64,000 nucleotides of DNA from Malacoraja senta. Taxonomy: Eukaryota. Where the stretch lies: positions 1 through 64,000 of the forward strand of contig JAXLNO010005312.1 in NCBI GenBank assembly GCA_038087875.1, read 5' to 3'. Of this stretch, positions 10,970 through 24,449 are shown piece by piece. Each line of letters begins with the position of its first letter. Positions within the stretch are counted from its first letter, which is position 1. The notes below the pieces were generated by a model. It saw only the letters and a list, made by a program, of their open reading frames with translations. It was not told the origin of the DNA and searched no databases. The position numbers and the translations under genes are program-made.

Positions 10970-12285
10970 TTTTTAAAATATTTTTATTAGAAGCATGTGC
11001 ATATCATACTACAAACATTTCTTATATATCAATCCTACTTAGCTAATAGGTGGGAGTCCAGCTATCAAAATAATAGTGGTCCTCCTTTATCAATTGTATA
11101 TTAAATCTGCTTCTATTTAGTTTTTTTTTATAGATAGAAAGTGAGAAATTAAAAAAAAAAGGCATGAAAAAGAAGAATGGAATAATTTACCAATAATACA
11201 ACTTTGGAGATAGGTCCGTAGGTTATAAAGCATAACTATTCATCTAATCCTGAGCTTGGATTTCAGTCAGATTCCTATGCTGAACCAATTTACCCTTTCA
11301 AAAAATCAATAAATGGAGACCATATTCTATTAAATAATTCATGTTTTTCAATTAAGACAAGTCTAGTTCTTTCCAAATGTAAGGTCTCCGACATTTCCAT
11401 AATCCACATTTTAATTGTGGGGGTTATAGGACCTTTCCAAAATTTTAATATTAATTTTTTCCCAATTATTATACTATAATCAAGAAAGTTTCTTTGGTTT
11501 ATTGTAAGTCTTAGGCTTTGTTCTGATATTCCTAATATTATTATGAGTCGGGATCCAATTGGGTATTGACTAATTCAGAAATTATTCTGAAAATGTCCGT
11601 CCAGAAATTTTTGATTTTTATACAATTTACAAAGGTATGAGTTAAGTTGGCCTCTAAATGCTGGCATTTATCACAAATAGGAGAGATATGTGGGAAGATT
11701 CTATTTAATTTTGTTTTAGAATAATGTCATCTATGTAATACTTTAAATTGTATTAAGGCATGTCTGGCATTTAATGAGCATTGATGTATATATTGTAGAC
11801 TTTCGTCCCAAATATCTTTCGTTATGGGTTGGCCTAATTCATTTTCCCATGTGTGTCTATATAAATCCGTCGGCGGGACCTCACTATCTAAGAGGGTATT
11901 ATAAATATGAGATATTAATTTTTCTGTATTAGGATGTTTATTCAAACATTCATCAAGGATTTCTGGTTCCCTAGTTCTGTAATCTTGTGTATTTGATTTA
12001 ATGTAATCTCTAATTTGTAAATATCTAAAAAAGTTATTTGAGTGTGGTCCGTAAATCTGTTGTAACCCCTGAAATTACAGAAAAGTGCCTTTCCTATAAA
12101 GATGTCCCATCTTTTTAATTCCATAATTTTTCCATTGTGTAAAGCCTTTATCCAACATGGAAGGTTTGAATAAAGGGTTGTTTATAATGGGGAGACAGTG
12201 ACAATTATCCAATTTTAAAGTCCTTTTTAATTGTTTCCAAATTCGTATACCACTATATATTATAGGATTTTCACTATAGGTGTTT
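10970..12285 (-). mobile_element. L1-clade LINE 3' fragment, degraded
   Basis: QCSLNARHALIQFKVLHR is homologous to KCSINVRHTLIQFKTLHR of the 6337 ORF. Stops and frameshifts present. Confidence 0.85.
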
Positions 12286-12289
12286 TAAT

Positions 12290-12590
12290 GCAATTTTGTG
12301 GGAGCAAACATAATCGAACCAATTTCAAAAGGCAAACAGTCTTTCACTATTTTGTATGATTCAATGAGGTCCCCCCTTATTCTTCTAAACCCCAGCAAGT
12401 ACAGGCCCACTGCCATCAAATGGTCATCATATGTTAACCCATTCAATCCTGGGATCATTCTTGTACACCTCCTCTGGACCCTCTCCAGAGCCAGCACATC
12501 CTTCCTCAGATATGGTGCCCAAAATTGCTCACAATGCTCCAAATGTGGCTTGACCGGCGCCTTATAGAACCTCAGCATTACATCCCTGTT
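12290..12590 (-). mobile_element. CR1 RT C-terminal fragment
   Basis: FYKAPVKPHLEHCEQFWAPYLRKDVLALERVQRRCTRMIPGL. Confidence 0.9.
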
Positions 12591-12909
12591 TGACAGGGAG
12601 AAAGTGTAATTGATGTCTTTCATATTAGTTAACCATGGATTTTCTTGACCACAGTTGACAGCCCCTAATGGGATTGCATGTCTATCACACGTCTCTATAG
12701 AGCACAGCGTTAAGCTTCGAAGGGCAAAATTTACACGAGATGTGCAGGTCAAGTGTTTTTTTGCACAGAGAGAGCTTGATACCTAGAATGCGCTACCAGG
12801 AGTGGTGGTAGAGGAAGACATGATAATGGTGCTTAAGAAAGTTTTGGACAGGCTCGTGGGTATGCAGGGAATACAAGGATATGGAACACATGCAGGCAGT
12901 GGAGATGAG

Positions 12910-13210
12910 TTTTGGTTTAGTTTAGAGATAGAGTATGGAAACAGGATCTTTGGGCCACTGAGTCTGCACTGACCAGCAATTGCCCATTCACTATTTTTGT
13001 CCTACAAGCTAGGGACAATTTACAGAAGCCAATTAACCTACAAACCTGCACGTCTTTTGTATTTGGGAGGAAACCGGAGCCCCCAGAGAAAACCCACAAG
13101 GTGACAGAGAGAACGTACAAACTCCGTCCAGACAGCACTCTAGTCAGGATCGAACCCGGGTCTCTAATGCTGTAAGACAGCCACTCTATCACTGCGCCAC
13201 TGTTTTGCCT
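12910..13210 (-). mobile_element. HE1/V-SINE-like SINE
   Basis: - strand reads GGCGCAGTGATAGAG (A-box-like) ... GGGTTCGATCC (B-box), with a (ctaaa)n tail. Confidence 0.85.
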
Positions 13211-13329
13211 TAGTTTAACTTGGTATCCTGTTCGACATGGACATTGCAGGCTGAAAGTCCTGTTCTTGTACTGTTCTATGTTCTATATATTCTCATTGGA
13301 CATGGCAGAGTTTTCCACTCCTCCAGCCT

Positions 13330-13870
13330 CCATGTTGAATACTTACTCCCAGTTTAAATCTGATTCAATTAGTCAATCCATTTCTCCCTCCCCTCCTGCC
13401 CTGATCCCCATTCTATATTTTGAAATAGTCATTCCCTTTTTCACTCCCTGGTCTGTCTACTATCCCCACAACTTTCCTCTACTTTCCTGTCTTGGTGCAT
13501 GCAACATCTATCCATTTACCTCTTCCCTTCCCACTGTCCATAGACCCAGGTAGTTCTTCAAAGTGAAACAGCGTGAAACACTTGCACTTCCAGTCAAATC
13601 TACTGCATATGGTTTTCATGACGTAATCTTCCACATCGCATCAATGAAACAAATTGAATGGCTGCTTTCTGGAGAACCTGCATTCAATCCATGGGACTTT
13701 CTAAGATTCCTAATTCCTGCCACTTTAATTCTCCATTCAACACCCACCATGATCCATCCATCTGTACCTCTTACACTAGGATAACAAGGGTGACAGTAAC
13801 CTTGAGGACCAACAACTCAGCTTCTGTCAGGACATGTTGCAGCCTTTCACACTCCATTCCACATTCAACG
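13330..13870 (+). mobile_element. Old Penelope GIY-YIG remnant
   Basis: PFTSSLPTVHRPR..FK.KQRETCTSSQIYCI (across frames) aligns by eye to 8680-8790. Confidence 0.55.
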
Positions 13871-13914
13871 AGTTGTATTCCCTGTCAATAAAAGAACTGG
13901 TCATTTCATAAGTT

Positions 13915-14400
13915 CATGTTCATTTATTGTCACATACACCAATTGGTGTAGTAAAATTCACTGGCCAGGTCAGTCATACAATTTTAAAAAGCAACAGACT
14001 CAAAAACACATTTTGACATAAACATCCATCATAGTGACTCCTACACATTCCTCACTGTGATGGAAGGCGAAAATAAAGTTCCAAGTCCTTCCCTTGTTGT
14101 TCTTCCTTGGTCGGGGGCCTCGAGCCCCCCGTTGAATGGACGGTCTTGAGTCCCGTAGCCGGCGGCGTTCGGGCCCTCCGCGTCGAGGTGATCAGCTCCC
14201 GCATCGGGGGATTGTCAGCTCCCCTGCGCCGGGCGATCGAACCTCGCGTCGGGGCTGGACGAACCTTCTGTGGCATTGGAGCTCCCGACTAGCCTCTCCC
14301 GAGACTGGGAGCCCTTGATGGTAAGTCCGCAGGCAAGGGATCTGCTCCGATTGTAAGTCCACACCCCGTGGTGGGGCTCACGACAGTCCTTTTCAACTGT
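13915..14400 (-). mobile_element. Non-coding retroposon family copy
   Basis: Same 3' tail as 5735 and GATGGTAAGTCC at 14317-14328. Confidence 0.65.
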
Positions 14401-15321
14401 TAAGTTGAAGTCAGAAAGAACAGATGCAAGAAGTATGAAGAAGGACACCAAGCTGAAACATTACGTAACCATGTCTTCCAGATGCTGCCTGAGCCACTGA
14501 GTTACACCTGCACGTTTTTGTGTTTTTTAATTACAGTTAAGTTATCCAGCTGCAAAATCAGGACAGCCTGACCTACTTGAGTACTGCAGTATGTGCTGCA
14601 TTTTATATAACTCTGTTTAGTTTCATGCATGCAGAGATCCAGTGAAATGGTTTGGATGGAACAGCAGATGCTGGACACCCCGTCCCTTCTCTCCAGAGAT
14701 GCTGCCTGTCCCGCTGAGTTACTCCATCTTTTTGTGTCTATCTGCAGTGAAATGGTTGTTCTGCATTCTCCCCAGTCAAGTCATACTGTACATAAGTACA
14801 ATTCGTCCTCTTCTGGAACAGCACGCAGTGATCCACCACATTCCAGGACTATCTTGCAGCTTCCAAGTCTCTGAGAAGTCTGATTTTGCCCTAAGGAAAT
14901 ACCCAATTTCACATTTTCTCATGTTAAAGCCCAGTGCCATAACAGCACTGAATTGATGAAGTAGAGGCACGTGCCTCAGTTTAAGTTTTTCTGTTTCAAG
15001 ATTGTGATCAAACCCTCGTCACTGGAACTGTGTCGCAGTGCCACCCATTACGTATCAGTCCCAATTATCTTTCAACATGCTGGAATCACTTGTTTTTTAA
15101 TCCTTTTTAGACTTTTTTTCATGAATTGTTCTGCATAAACAGTTATGCTACAACAAAGTTAAGCGCAGCTACCACTTAGTTCCAGAGACGTAACAACACA
15201 AGAGATAGTGTTGGAAGAATGATCAAACTCACACATAGTGGTTAGAATCCATAGTCTTTTATTAGTAACTCTGCAGAGGAAACACAAGGTGCTTTCTTCT
15301 CAGCTTGCTTACTACCAGTCT

Positions 15322-15324
<3 letters not shown>

Positions 15325-15371
<47 letters not shown>
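15325..15371. repeat. (AG)n microsatellite
   Basis: Pure AG run of ~23 units. Confidence 0.97.
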
Positions 15372-15373
<2 letters not shown>

Positions 15374-15469
15374 TCTAATAAGCCTGTGGGCGGAGCCACA
15401 GTATGAGTGACACTAATCTACAGATAGGCACAGGGATAAGTTTCGGTTTATTATTGTCACGTTTAGTTT

Positions 15470-15730
15470 CGAGGTACAGCATGAAAATAGGCCTTTTGGC
15501 CCACTGAACCTGTGCTGACTAACGACCACCCAAATATTAGTTCTATCCTACACACTAGGGACAATTTACAGAAGCCCAAAAACTTACAAACCTGCACGTC
15601 TTTGAATGTGACGGAACTGTAGCACCCGGAGATAACTCACATGGTCACAGGGAGAATGTATGAACTCTATATAGACAGCACCCATTGTCAGGATTGAACT
15701 TTGGTCTGTGGTACTGTAAGGCAGCAACTT
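15470..15730 (-). mobile_element. HE1/V-SINE-like SINE
   Basis: Same core as 12910 in reverse. Confidence 0.75.
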
Positions 15731-17057
15731 TCCCTCTGCGCCACTGTGCTGCCCATGTACTGAGGTAGAGTGTAAAGCTTTGTTTTGCATGCTATCCAAT
15801 TGGATGAGGTAACAAAATACATATATATGATCATCAAACTCAAGAACTGTAGGTAGAGCAAAGGGGAAGGTACAGAGTGTGGCATGTAGTTCTCAGCAAT
15901 GTAGCACAGCAGTTCCATTAGATAAGTGTTTCGACACGAAACGTGACACATTCCTTCTCTCCAGAGATGCTGCCTGACCCGTTGAGTTACTCTAGCATTT
16001 TGTGTCTATCTGCGGTTTAAACCAGCATCTACAGTTCCTTCCTGCATAGTTCTATAAACAAAGTCCACTGTCTGTAATGGGGTAGTGGTCAATTGGACAG
16101 TACCGTAGCTTATGGAACGATCATTCAGAAGCCTGATTTTCTCCTCGGTTATCAAGTTTCCGAGTAAGCCATTTGGTCCTCTAACCTGCCCACCATTCAA
16201 TATGACCATGGCTGACGTTCCTCAGGCATCAACTCCTGTTCGATGTCAGTTCCTCATTGCACTCAGTTCTCCAATTTAAGTTTAATTAAGTTAACTACCG
16301 CCACATTAAATGCTTCCAATGATTTTGTCTTCACAAATCTCTGGCGCCAGAGAATGACCACACTCTGCAAAAAGAGATTTTGTAAACAAATGACTGGTCT
16401 CTTTTATCTCTTATTGAAGAGGAGTGAAAATACTGCCAATTTTAAGCTTGTCCCCTCCCCAATTGACCCTCATTTCGTAACTTGTCAATTATTTATTATT
16501 GTCAATAATATGCCCTAGTGAAAAGATTTGCCGTTGGTATTAGTTTATTATTGTCACATGAACTGTGATATAGTCAAAAGTTTGTCTGTGTGTTATCCAA
16601 TCAGATCATACTACACATGTGCAATCAAGCCATCCACAAGTAGAACAGTGCAAAGAGAAAAATTCTCAGAGTGCAGAATATCGGGTTACAATATCATAGC
16701 ATTACAGTTACAGAGAAAGTGCAGATCAAAAAGAGTTGCAAGGATCACAATGAGATTGGTTGGAAGATCAGGGCAACATCTTATCTTACATGAGAACCAT
16801 TCAGTAGTCCAATAACAGTGGGGAAGAAGCTGTTCCTGAATTTAATGGTACGTACTTTCAAACTTTCTTGTGTACTGTCTTAACAGGGAGCGTGCGATCC
16901 CTTTTAAACCACGTGGTTGGTTGATGGTGACGAAAGAGGCAAAATGGGGCAGATGTGGACAGTAACTTGGTTGTTGTAGTGGACTGAAGAATATTTTGTG
17001 GTGGGTGACTGTGCAAGTTTTACTGAAGATGAAAATAACCATCTTACTGTCTTGTAG

Positions 17058-17324
17058 TTTCCCCTGAGGTCACTCTCGCTGCCCGCCCTGATGATCATTC
17101 AGTCCTGTACTGCACTGTGTTTGGATTTTACCCACCGGCCATCAATGTCAGCTGGTTGCAGAATGGTCAACATGTCTCTGAGACAAAATCTTCTGGGGTC
17201 ACACCCAACAACGATGGAACATATCATCTAAGGTCTGTCCTTGAGTATGATCCGTATGATGGGAAACAGTATTCCTGTCATGTCGATCACAGCAGCCTGC
17301 CCGGTGGGAAGACCATCATCTGGG
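17058..17324 (+). CDS. MHC class I-like alpha3 (Ig C1-set) exon
   Basis: cttgtag| VSPEVTLAARPDDHSVLYCTVFGFYPPAINVSWLQNG...PNNDGTYHLRS.L....YSCHVDHSSLPGGKTIIW |gtaag. 267 nt, phase 1/1, intact. Confidence 0.95.
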
Positions 17325-17629
17325 GTAAGAACGTTAAATATTCTTTCATAGATAATCATTATCTTCTGTTGTTTCCATTTTAATCATCATGAATACATCC
17401 CATATTCCAAGATGCTTAAACTTTCTTTGTTTAGTGGTGTTGCTCTAAGTAATCACGTAATCAGCACCCACTCTCCACATGAGCAGAAGACTTTGTCAAC
17501 AGAACATTTATTAAAAGTAAATAAATAACTAATATATAAGGAAGGAGTATTTGAGATTCTCAGTGGTGGAACTGAAATCTATGAAAGGTATGTTTAAATA
17601 AAAAATGAATCTTTCCTCATGATGTGATT

Positions 17630-18330
17630 AACAGCAAGGCACTGGGGGAGTACATGCCCCAATCCAAATCAATGGTCCGAAGTGGAAATGATTGAGAGCT
17701 TCATGTTCCTTGGCATGAATTTATCCAATATTCGGTCATGGACTGGCCACATAGCCAAGGAGGCACACCGACACCTCTACTTCCTCAGGAGACTGAGAAT
17801 ATTCATCATGTCTCTGGTGACTCTAGCAAACATCTATAGATGCTGCTAGAGAAAGCATGTTGTTGGGTTGCATCACATCTTGATTTGGGAACTGCACTGC
17901 CCAAGACTGCAAGAATATACAAAGAGTTAAAGATCATCACACAGACCAGACTTCCCACTATTGATTCAGTCTACACCAGGTTGCCTTCGAAAATGAGACT
18001 TATCCCACCCCGGTCATTCCTCCTTCCTGCTCCCATCAGGCAATAGGTACAGAAAGTTGAAAGTATACACTGCCAGACTCAGGAACACCCCCTTTCCATC
18101 TGTTAACAGGCTTCGGAAGGGTCCTTCCATAATGTAGGTTCAATGCCTGATTCACCTCAACCTCATTGCACATTGTCTATGGAACTGATGCGTTACAATG
18201 CTGAGAACTATATTCTGTACTCTGTATCCTCCTCTTTGCTCTATCTATTGTTTTTGAGTTTGTATTTATGTATAGTTTTATAATTTGGGTAGCATACAAA
18301 ACAAACCTTTGCTCTGTATTTTGAAACATC
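17630..18330 (+). mobile_element. Rex1/Babar-like LINE 3' fragment, degraded
   Basis: Decayed 'VESFxFLG...KAHxHLYFLRRLR' region homologous to 45810-46300, followed by a 3' tail. Confidence 0.65.
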
Positions 18331-18822
18331 TGGCATTAATAAAACAAAACCTAATGAAGTAAGTTCCCTGACGCAAGTTACAGATTCAGCAACAAAAAAT
18401 ATAACTGCCTGACAAACAGCGATCGTAGTAGTTTGATTCCAAGTATGCTGCACGAACCTACACAAATGTTCACTTTTGAAGATTCCCTCGAACAATGCAC
18501 AAATAAGGAATCTGATGTTTCACTCTGAAGACTGTTGACATACCCCAGAACTTAATTTCCAACCTATCTATGTATCATCAGCAATCTAGGCTACAGCGCC
18601 ATCAGTCCCTTCATCTGCTCTTAATACCAACGATAAGTAGTTCACTTTCTTGCATTGATTCCCAACCTGCAGTTGCAGTTTCCCAACCTGAACACTCCTT
18701 TAAGACAACTCTCTGCTTGCTCTTAATTGTTTTTCCATTCATGCTAATTATTACCCCCAATGTCATAAGCCATGTGCCTTTGCATCACTTGATCAGATAT
18801 CTTATGAAAATCCAGATATTCT

Positions 18823-18838
18823 GGCGACATCTGGTGGT
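18823..18838 (-). promoter_or_regulatory. CTCF-like motif in the alpha3-TM intron
   Basis: - strand CCACCAGATGTCGCC has one mismatch to CCACCAGATGGCGCC. E-box TCACGTGA at 18883-18890. Confidence 0.4.
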
Positions 18839-20008
18839 CAGGCCACTTATTGCTAGAACCCTCGTCAGGGGAGCTGGGACTATCACGTGAGTGACAGGGT
18901 TTTGGTGGGAGTTGGTGATGAGTTAATCGCCAGTCAACTGGTGTGCCCGATTACAATGGCAGGAACTTTGCTCAAGTCCTTACTAAACGCGAGTGGGCCA
19001 AAACTGTATTTCTTTAAAAACATTGATTTGTTCATGACGTTTGGATCTCTACAATATATTGTATTTCTTTTGTTTCTCATTTGAATTTTGTTACCTATTC
19101 TGCTTTTCCATCATTTTGTTTATGAATTTTAGGCTTTTCACACCTGCTGCTCGAATATACATTGTCTACGGGTTCCTGTTGCATTTTCAAAGAATTCTAA
19201 TCAATTTCTCAAACAAAGTTTGAAGAAGGGTCCCAAAATGAAACGTCACCTGTCCATGAGTAAGAAGAAACTGCAAATGCTGGTTTACACCGAAGATGGA
19301 CACAAATTGCTTGAATAACTCAGCTGGTCAGCCAGCATCTCTGGAGAAAAGGAATAGGTGATGAATCCATGTTCGCCAGAGATGCTGCCTGTTCCCTTGA
19401 GTTACTCCAGCATTTTGTGTCTATCATGTATATTCTTTCCACTGACTGGTTAGCACGTAACAAAAGCTTTTCACTGTACCTCAATACATGTGACAATAAA
19501 CTAAACTAAACCTTTTGTGTAAATCAGTATCTGCATCTCTTTCTTTCTACAATTTTCCTGTTAATGCCCTGATAATGCACTTTATTGTTTTGTTATTACT
19601 TAAATGTTCTGCCATTATTGAAAGGAATCCAGCATTTTCCCCAAAACAAATGTTAGTTTATATAGGGTTAAAGCTTTCTGCTTTCAATTCACCTTCTTTC
19701 TTGAATTAAGTTGTGGCTGTGATGGTGCCATAGATCATAGAGTTGTACAGAACAGATATTGTCCCTTTGCCATGCTGCAGAACTCCGTGATTCAAAACAC
19801 CATATCATCTTATATACCTTGAAAAGCGCCAAATATAGACACAAAATGCTGGAGTAACTCAGCGGTCAGGTAACATCTCTGGAGAAAAGGAATAGGTGGC
19901 ATTTCGGGTCGAGACCCTTCTTCACCCTGAAGTCTTCAGACAGTGCCCATCTATTTAGCTGCACAGCTTAACAATTGATTTGTAAAATTATGCATTCTTA
20001 TTTTTCAG

Positions 20009-20116
20009 AAGGAAATAGGAAGAAAGACAGGCACATAGGCCTTATTGCCGTGTGTGTGCTGATATTTCTGGCTATTGTCTTGGCAGTAATTGTTTGGTGG
20101 AGAAAAAAGAGGAGAG
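20009..20116 (+). CDS. MHC class I-like connecting peptide/transmembrane exon
   Basis: tttttcag| EGNRKKDRHIGLIAVCVLIFLAIVLAVIVWWRKKRR |gtaag. 108 nt, phase 1/1, with a basic stop-transfer cluster. Confidence 0.9.
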
Positions 20117-20389
20117 GTAAGATGGAAAAATTGTGATGCACTGTTGCTAGTAAAGGTATTGGGCTTGAAGAAATGATCGATCTCAAGTAGGATAAGGCAG
20201 CAGCTACACCTGAAATGCCTCGACAGTCACCACTGTCAACTAGCCTTTGTGCTGTTGTTAAATGTTTCTGATAATCAGATATTTTAAAATTGTGAATTCA
20301 GTGTAAAAAAATGTTATACATTATGGATTCACTGCCCCAAATCCTAGAAATATCAATGAGTCATTAAAAAGTACAGCATGCAAGCAGTC

Positions 20390-22250
20390 CTTTTGGCCCA
20401 CCGTGTCCATGCCAACCACCAACCACCTGTTCTCATGAATTCTATCTCATTGCACCTTCTCATCCAGTCACCCACCCACTAGGGGCAATTTACAGTGGCC
20501 AATTAAACTATAAACTGACACATCTTAGGATGTGTGAGGAAACCGGAGCTCCTGGAGGGATCCAATGCGGTTACATGGAGAACATGCAAACTCCACATAG
20601 ATGGCACTCAAGGTCAAAATTGAACCCGGGTCTGTGTCGCTGTGAGGCAGCAGCTCTACGAGTTGTGACACTGTGCTGCTCTGTTGGGGGCTCCCACTGC
20701 TCATGATCCAAGTCAGCTATGAGGCAGATTGGTTGCAGTTTAACGTTTACTAGTTTTGTTTAGTTAAATTTAGAGATACAGTAACGAAACAGGCCCTTCG
20801 GCCCATCGAGTCTGCGCTGACCAGTGATCCCCGCACATTAACACTATCCTATACACACACACCAAGCCAATTAACCTACATACCTGTACGTCTTTGGAGT
20901 GTGGGAGGAAACCTTAGATCTTGGAGAAAACACACGCGGTCATGGGGAGAACGTACAAACTTTGTACAGACAGCATCAGTAGTCGGGATCGAACCCGGGT
21001 CTCCGGTGCTGCAAGCACTGTAAGGCAGCAACTCTACCGCTGCACACAGTAGCTGCCACCAAGGCCGCTGTTGCTGGAAAACTCAAATTTAAGTGGGAAT
21101 GTGAGTAGTGGGAGAAATGGTTCAAGGTGGAAAGCCGAATGAATGAGCAACAACATGACAGGTGGACTACAATGTGAAACAGGACAGCACAGAGCCAGAG
21201 ACCTGAATTAAATACCGACATCGGCTGATGTATCTGTAGAGTTTGCATGTTGTTCCTGTGACCATGTGGGTTTCCCCAGGTGCTCTGGTTTCCTCCCACA
21301 TCCCCAAAACATTGTTTGGTAGGTTAGTTGTCCCCTAGATTGTGCATGATACAATGTGGGGAGAGCTGTTGAGAATGTGGGACAAATGTAGGATTAGTGT
21401 ACATGAATGGTTGGTGCAGGTCAGTGGGACAAAGGCCATGTTTGTATGCTGCATATTTCCATGACTCTTTATGATGTAGAAAGATGCTGACTATTTTTGA
21501 TATATAAGATTGGGAAAGACTGTGAGGGACAGTGCTATAGTAACTCAGCAGGTCAGGCAACATCCCTGGAGACCATGGATAGGTGACAATCTGGTTCGAG
21601 ACTCTTCAGGCAAATTACAATGGGTATTCCTCCGCTTAAGTCTGATAGTAGTGTACAGATGCACCTCAACCACTGACTTGCTCAACAAGTGCTTAAATTA
21701 GTTGAATTAAAGTACGTTTGGAGTAACATGCAGCAGTCCTTAAAATCTACCATTTCCCAAATCCCAAGAGAGCTGGATGATCAGGGTTTTAGTGTAAATT
21801 CAGTCATCTATATCACTGATTTCTTGCCTGTGATCACACTGTTGTAAGATATATTCTGGTGATGAATTGCAGTTCACTTTCCTCCTGTGTAAAGGAGTTA
21901 TTGTGTTGAATATAACAAGTGGAAGGGAAAGTCAGTGTAGGATTTAGAGTTTGTACGTAATGCAGCATGGTAGTGTAGCTGGTAGAACTGCTGCCTCACA
22001 ACGCCAGAGACCCAGGTTCAATCTGGACCTCGGGTACTGTCTACGTGGAGTTTGCACATTCTCTTGTGACTATGTGGGCTTCCTCAGGGAGCTCCGGTTT
22101 CCTCCCATATCCCAAAGATGAGCAGGTGTGCAGGTAATCATCCTCGGTAAGTCACCCTGATAGTGTAGGGGTGGATGGGAAATCTATTATGAATGGGTGA
22201 TTGCTGGTTAGTATGGATTTGGTGGCACAAATGGCCTGTTTACACACTGT
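20390..22250. mobile_element. Cluster of four HE1/V-SINE-like SINEs (~20390-20695 -, 20760-21040 -, 21235-21455 +, 21962-22250 +)
   Basis: Each carries the 'gagtttg..cgttctcc..gtgac...ctccggtttcctcccaca' core. Confidence 0.7.
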
Positions 22251-23234
22251 ATCACTGTTTTCAAGAGAGAGTTAGATTTAGCTCTTAGGGCTAAGGGATT
22301 CAAGGGATATGGGGAAACAGCCAGATCGGAGTATTAATTTTGGATGATCAGCCATGATTGTATTGAATTGCGGTGCTGGCTCAAAGGGCTGAATAGCCTA
22401 TTCCTGCACCTATTTTTTTATGTTTCTATCTTTCTATTAAATAAACTAAATTGGAAGACAGAAGGTATTGACTGATGCATCTTCACACCAGCTGTAAATG
22501 TCATAAACTGTGAGAATTGATTGCAAATGTTATACAATATTATAAAATAAACTGGGTGATCAAAATGACAAGATGGATGAAGAGCAGAGTTTTCATTGAA
22601 ATAACAGACGTGCTGCTTTCTCGAGCACTTGGCCTTGGTTGTGTAATATTTCCTCTTCAAAATACAATGTTCCCAGGCACTGCTGGTCTGAGACACCAGT
22701 CAGCAAGTATATTTCCTGAAACGGAGGTTCTGCTTTCATGGTATCAAGATGTCCAACAGCTCCAGCACCCAAATCAGAACCTTGCCAAAACTAAGAATGC
22801 AGCAACAATTTAGTCATTGAACATCAACGACATGCATATTTGAACTGAGGCAATGGTTAGCTTATTATCACTGTAAACCAGTCGTGGTCATGGGTCTGCC
22901 ATTGTGGTCACTATTAGTGAGGGTGATTAACTATCATTTAGCAGTGAAACGGAAAAGAATTGGCTTTTCAAGCCCACGGAGCCATAGAGTCATACGGCAT
23001 GGAAATGGGCCCTTTGCCTCAACTTGGCCATGTCAACCAAGATGCCATGTTTAAACTACAATTTTCCTGCAATTGACCCATATCTCACTGAACCTTTCCT
23101 ATCTACCTGTGTTCTAAATGTTTTTTAATACCTGCCTCAACTCCTTCCCCTGGAATGTTCTTCCATATTTCCACTTCCTCTGGTTCCGAGTAACTCGTTT
23201 CCTTCTCACCTTAAACCTAAGTCCTCTGGTTCTT

Positions 23235-23806
23235 TTTATTTTTTATTTTTTATTTTTTTGTTTATTTTTATTTATTTTATTTTTTTATTTTTTTTATTTT
23301 TATTATTTATTAGAAGTATTTTACATTACAGTAATCTGCAATAACGTAAATTTATACAGTTCTTGTACCACTTCTGTTTTTCAACTTTAATAGAAAGAAA
23401 GGATAGAAAGAGCTAGCAAAGACAGTCAGTGAGTGAATGAAAAAGTGGTCCAGGAACACAGATGTGTACCTAAACCACATGAAGTAGTTAAAGAAGAGAG
23501 GAAAAAAAAGAGAAAAAATAAAATAAGATAGGACAATATGAAAGGGATGCACCTACTTCTTATCTTTACTCACCCCTCGCCAGGACTTAAAACCATTTAT
23601 TATCATCATTTTGTTGCACCTTATGTTTGTAATAAGTCAATATATGGAGACCAAATCTTTTGGAATTGGTCTTGTTTACCTGCTAGGAGGAATCTCATAT
23701 CTTCTAGATGTAACAATTCCGACATATTAGAAGTCCACATTTTTATTGTTGGCGTAGGAGCATTTTTCCAAAATTTCAGTATTAATTTTGTTGCTGTTAT
23801 TAATCC
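23235..23806 (-). mobile_element. Short 5'-truncated L1 inserted into a CR1 fragment
   Basis: KLILKFWKNAPTPTIKMWTSNM is near-identical to the end of the 6337 ORF. A-rich tail. 14-bp TSD GTCCTCTGGTTCTT at 23221-23234 and 23807-23820. Confidence 0.92.
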
Positions 23807-24449
23807 GTCCTCTGGTTCTTGATTACACAAGGCTGGTTAAAAGATTCTGTGCATTCAATCTATCTATGCTCCTTGATTTTATAAACCTCTATAAGATCAC
23901 CCCTCAGCCTCTTGCGTGCCAAGGATTAAAGTCCAAGCATTCTCATCCTCTCCCTGAATCACAGGCCCTGTTAATGACATCCTTCCGATAGTGGAGTGAC
24001 CAAAACTTAACACAATACTCTAAATGTGGCCTCACCAACATATTGTACAACTGTAGCAGAACATCCCAACTTTTTTATTCAGTACCTTTCTTTTAAAATC
24101 TTTTTATTGTTTTTTTTCCAAAAAACAAAAACAAAAACAAAAATAAAACATTAAAAAAACAGAGCAAATAGAATAATGATAAACATAACAATGGTATTGA
24201 TACATAGGGATCATGATTAAACACATTAATAACAGGTATAACCTAATATGAGACCAGTGTCAAAATACACAATGAATATAGTTAAATCTTTAAAAGGAAA
24301 CATAAATGTAANNNNNNNNNNNNNNNNNNNNNNNNNNNNNNNNNNNNNNNNNNNNNNNNNNNNNNNNNNNNNNNNNNNNNNNNNNNNNNNNNNNNNNNNN
24401 NNNNNNNNNNNNNNNNNNNNNNNNNNNNNNNNNNNNNNNNNNNNNNNNN

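Noticed and set aside
14776-14970. ORF with FNMRKCEIGYF
   Set aside because: Weak resemblance to the CR1 RT 'FN..KC' motif. Too degraded to call and not a host exon.
10025-20116. W-category beta chain or MHC class II beta (only two ectodomain exons are clear)
   Set aside because: The TM lacks the class II/W-type Gly-xxx-Gly pairing pattern, the tail is class I/CD1-like, and a possible alpha1 remnant lies upstream. Disfavoured, not excluded.
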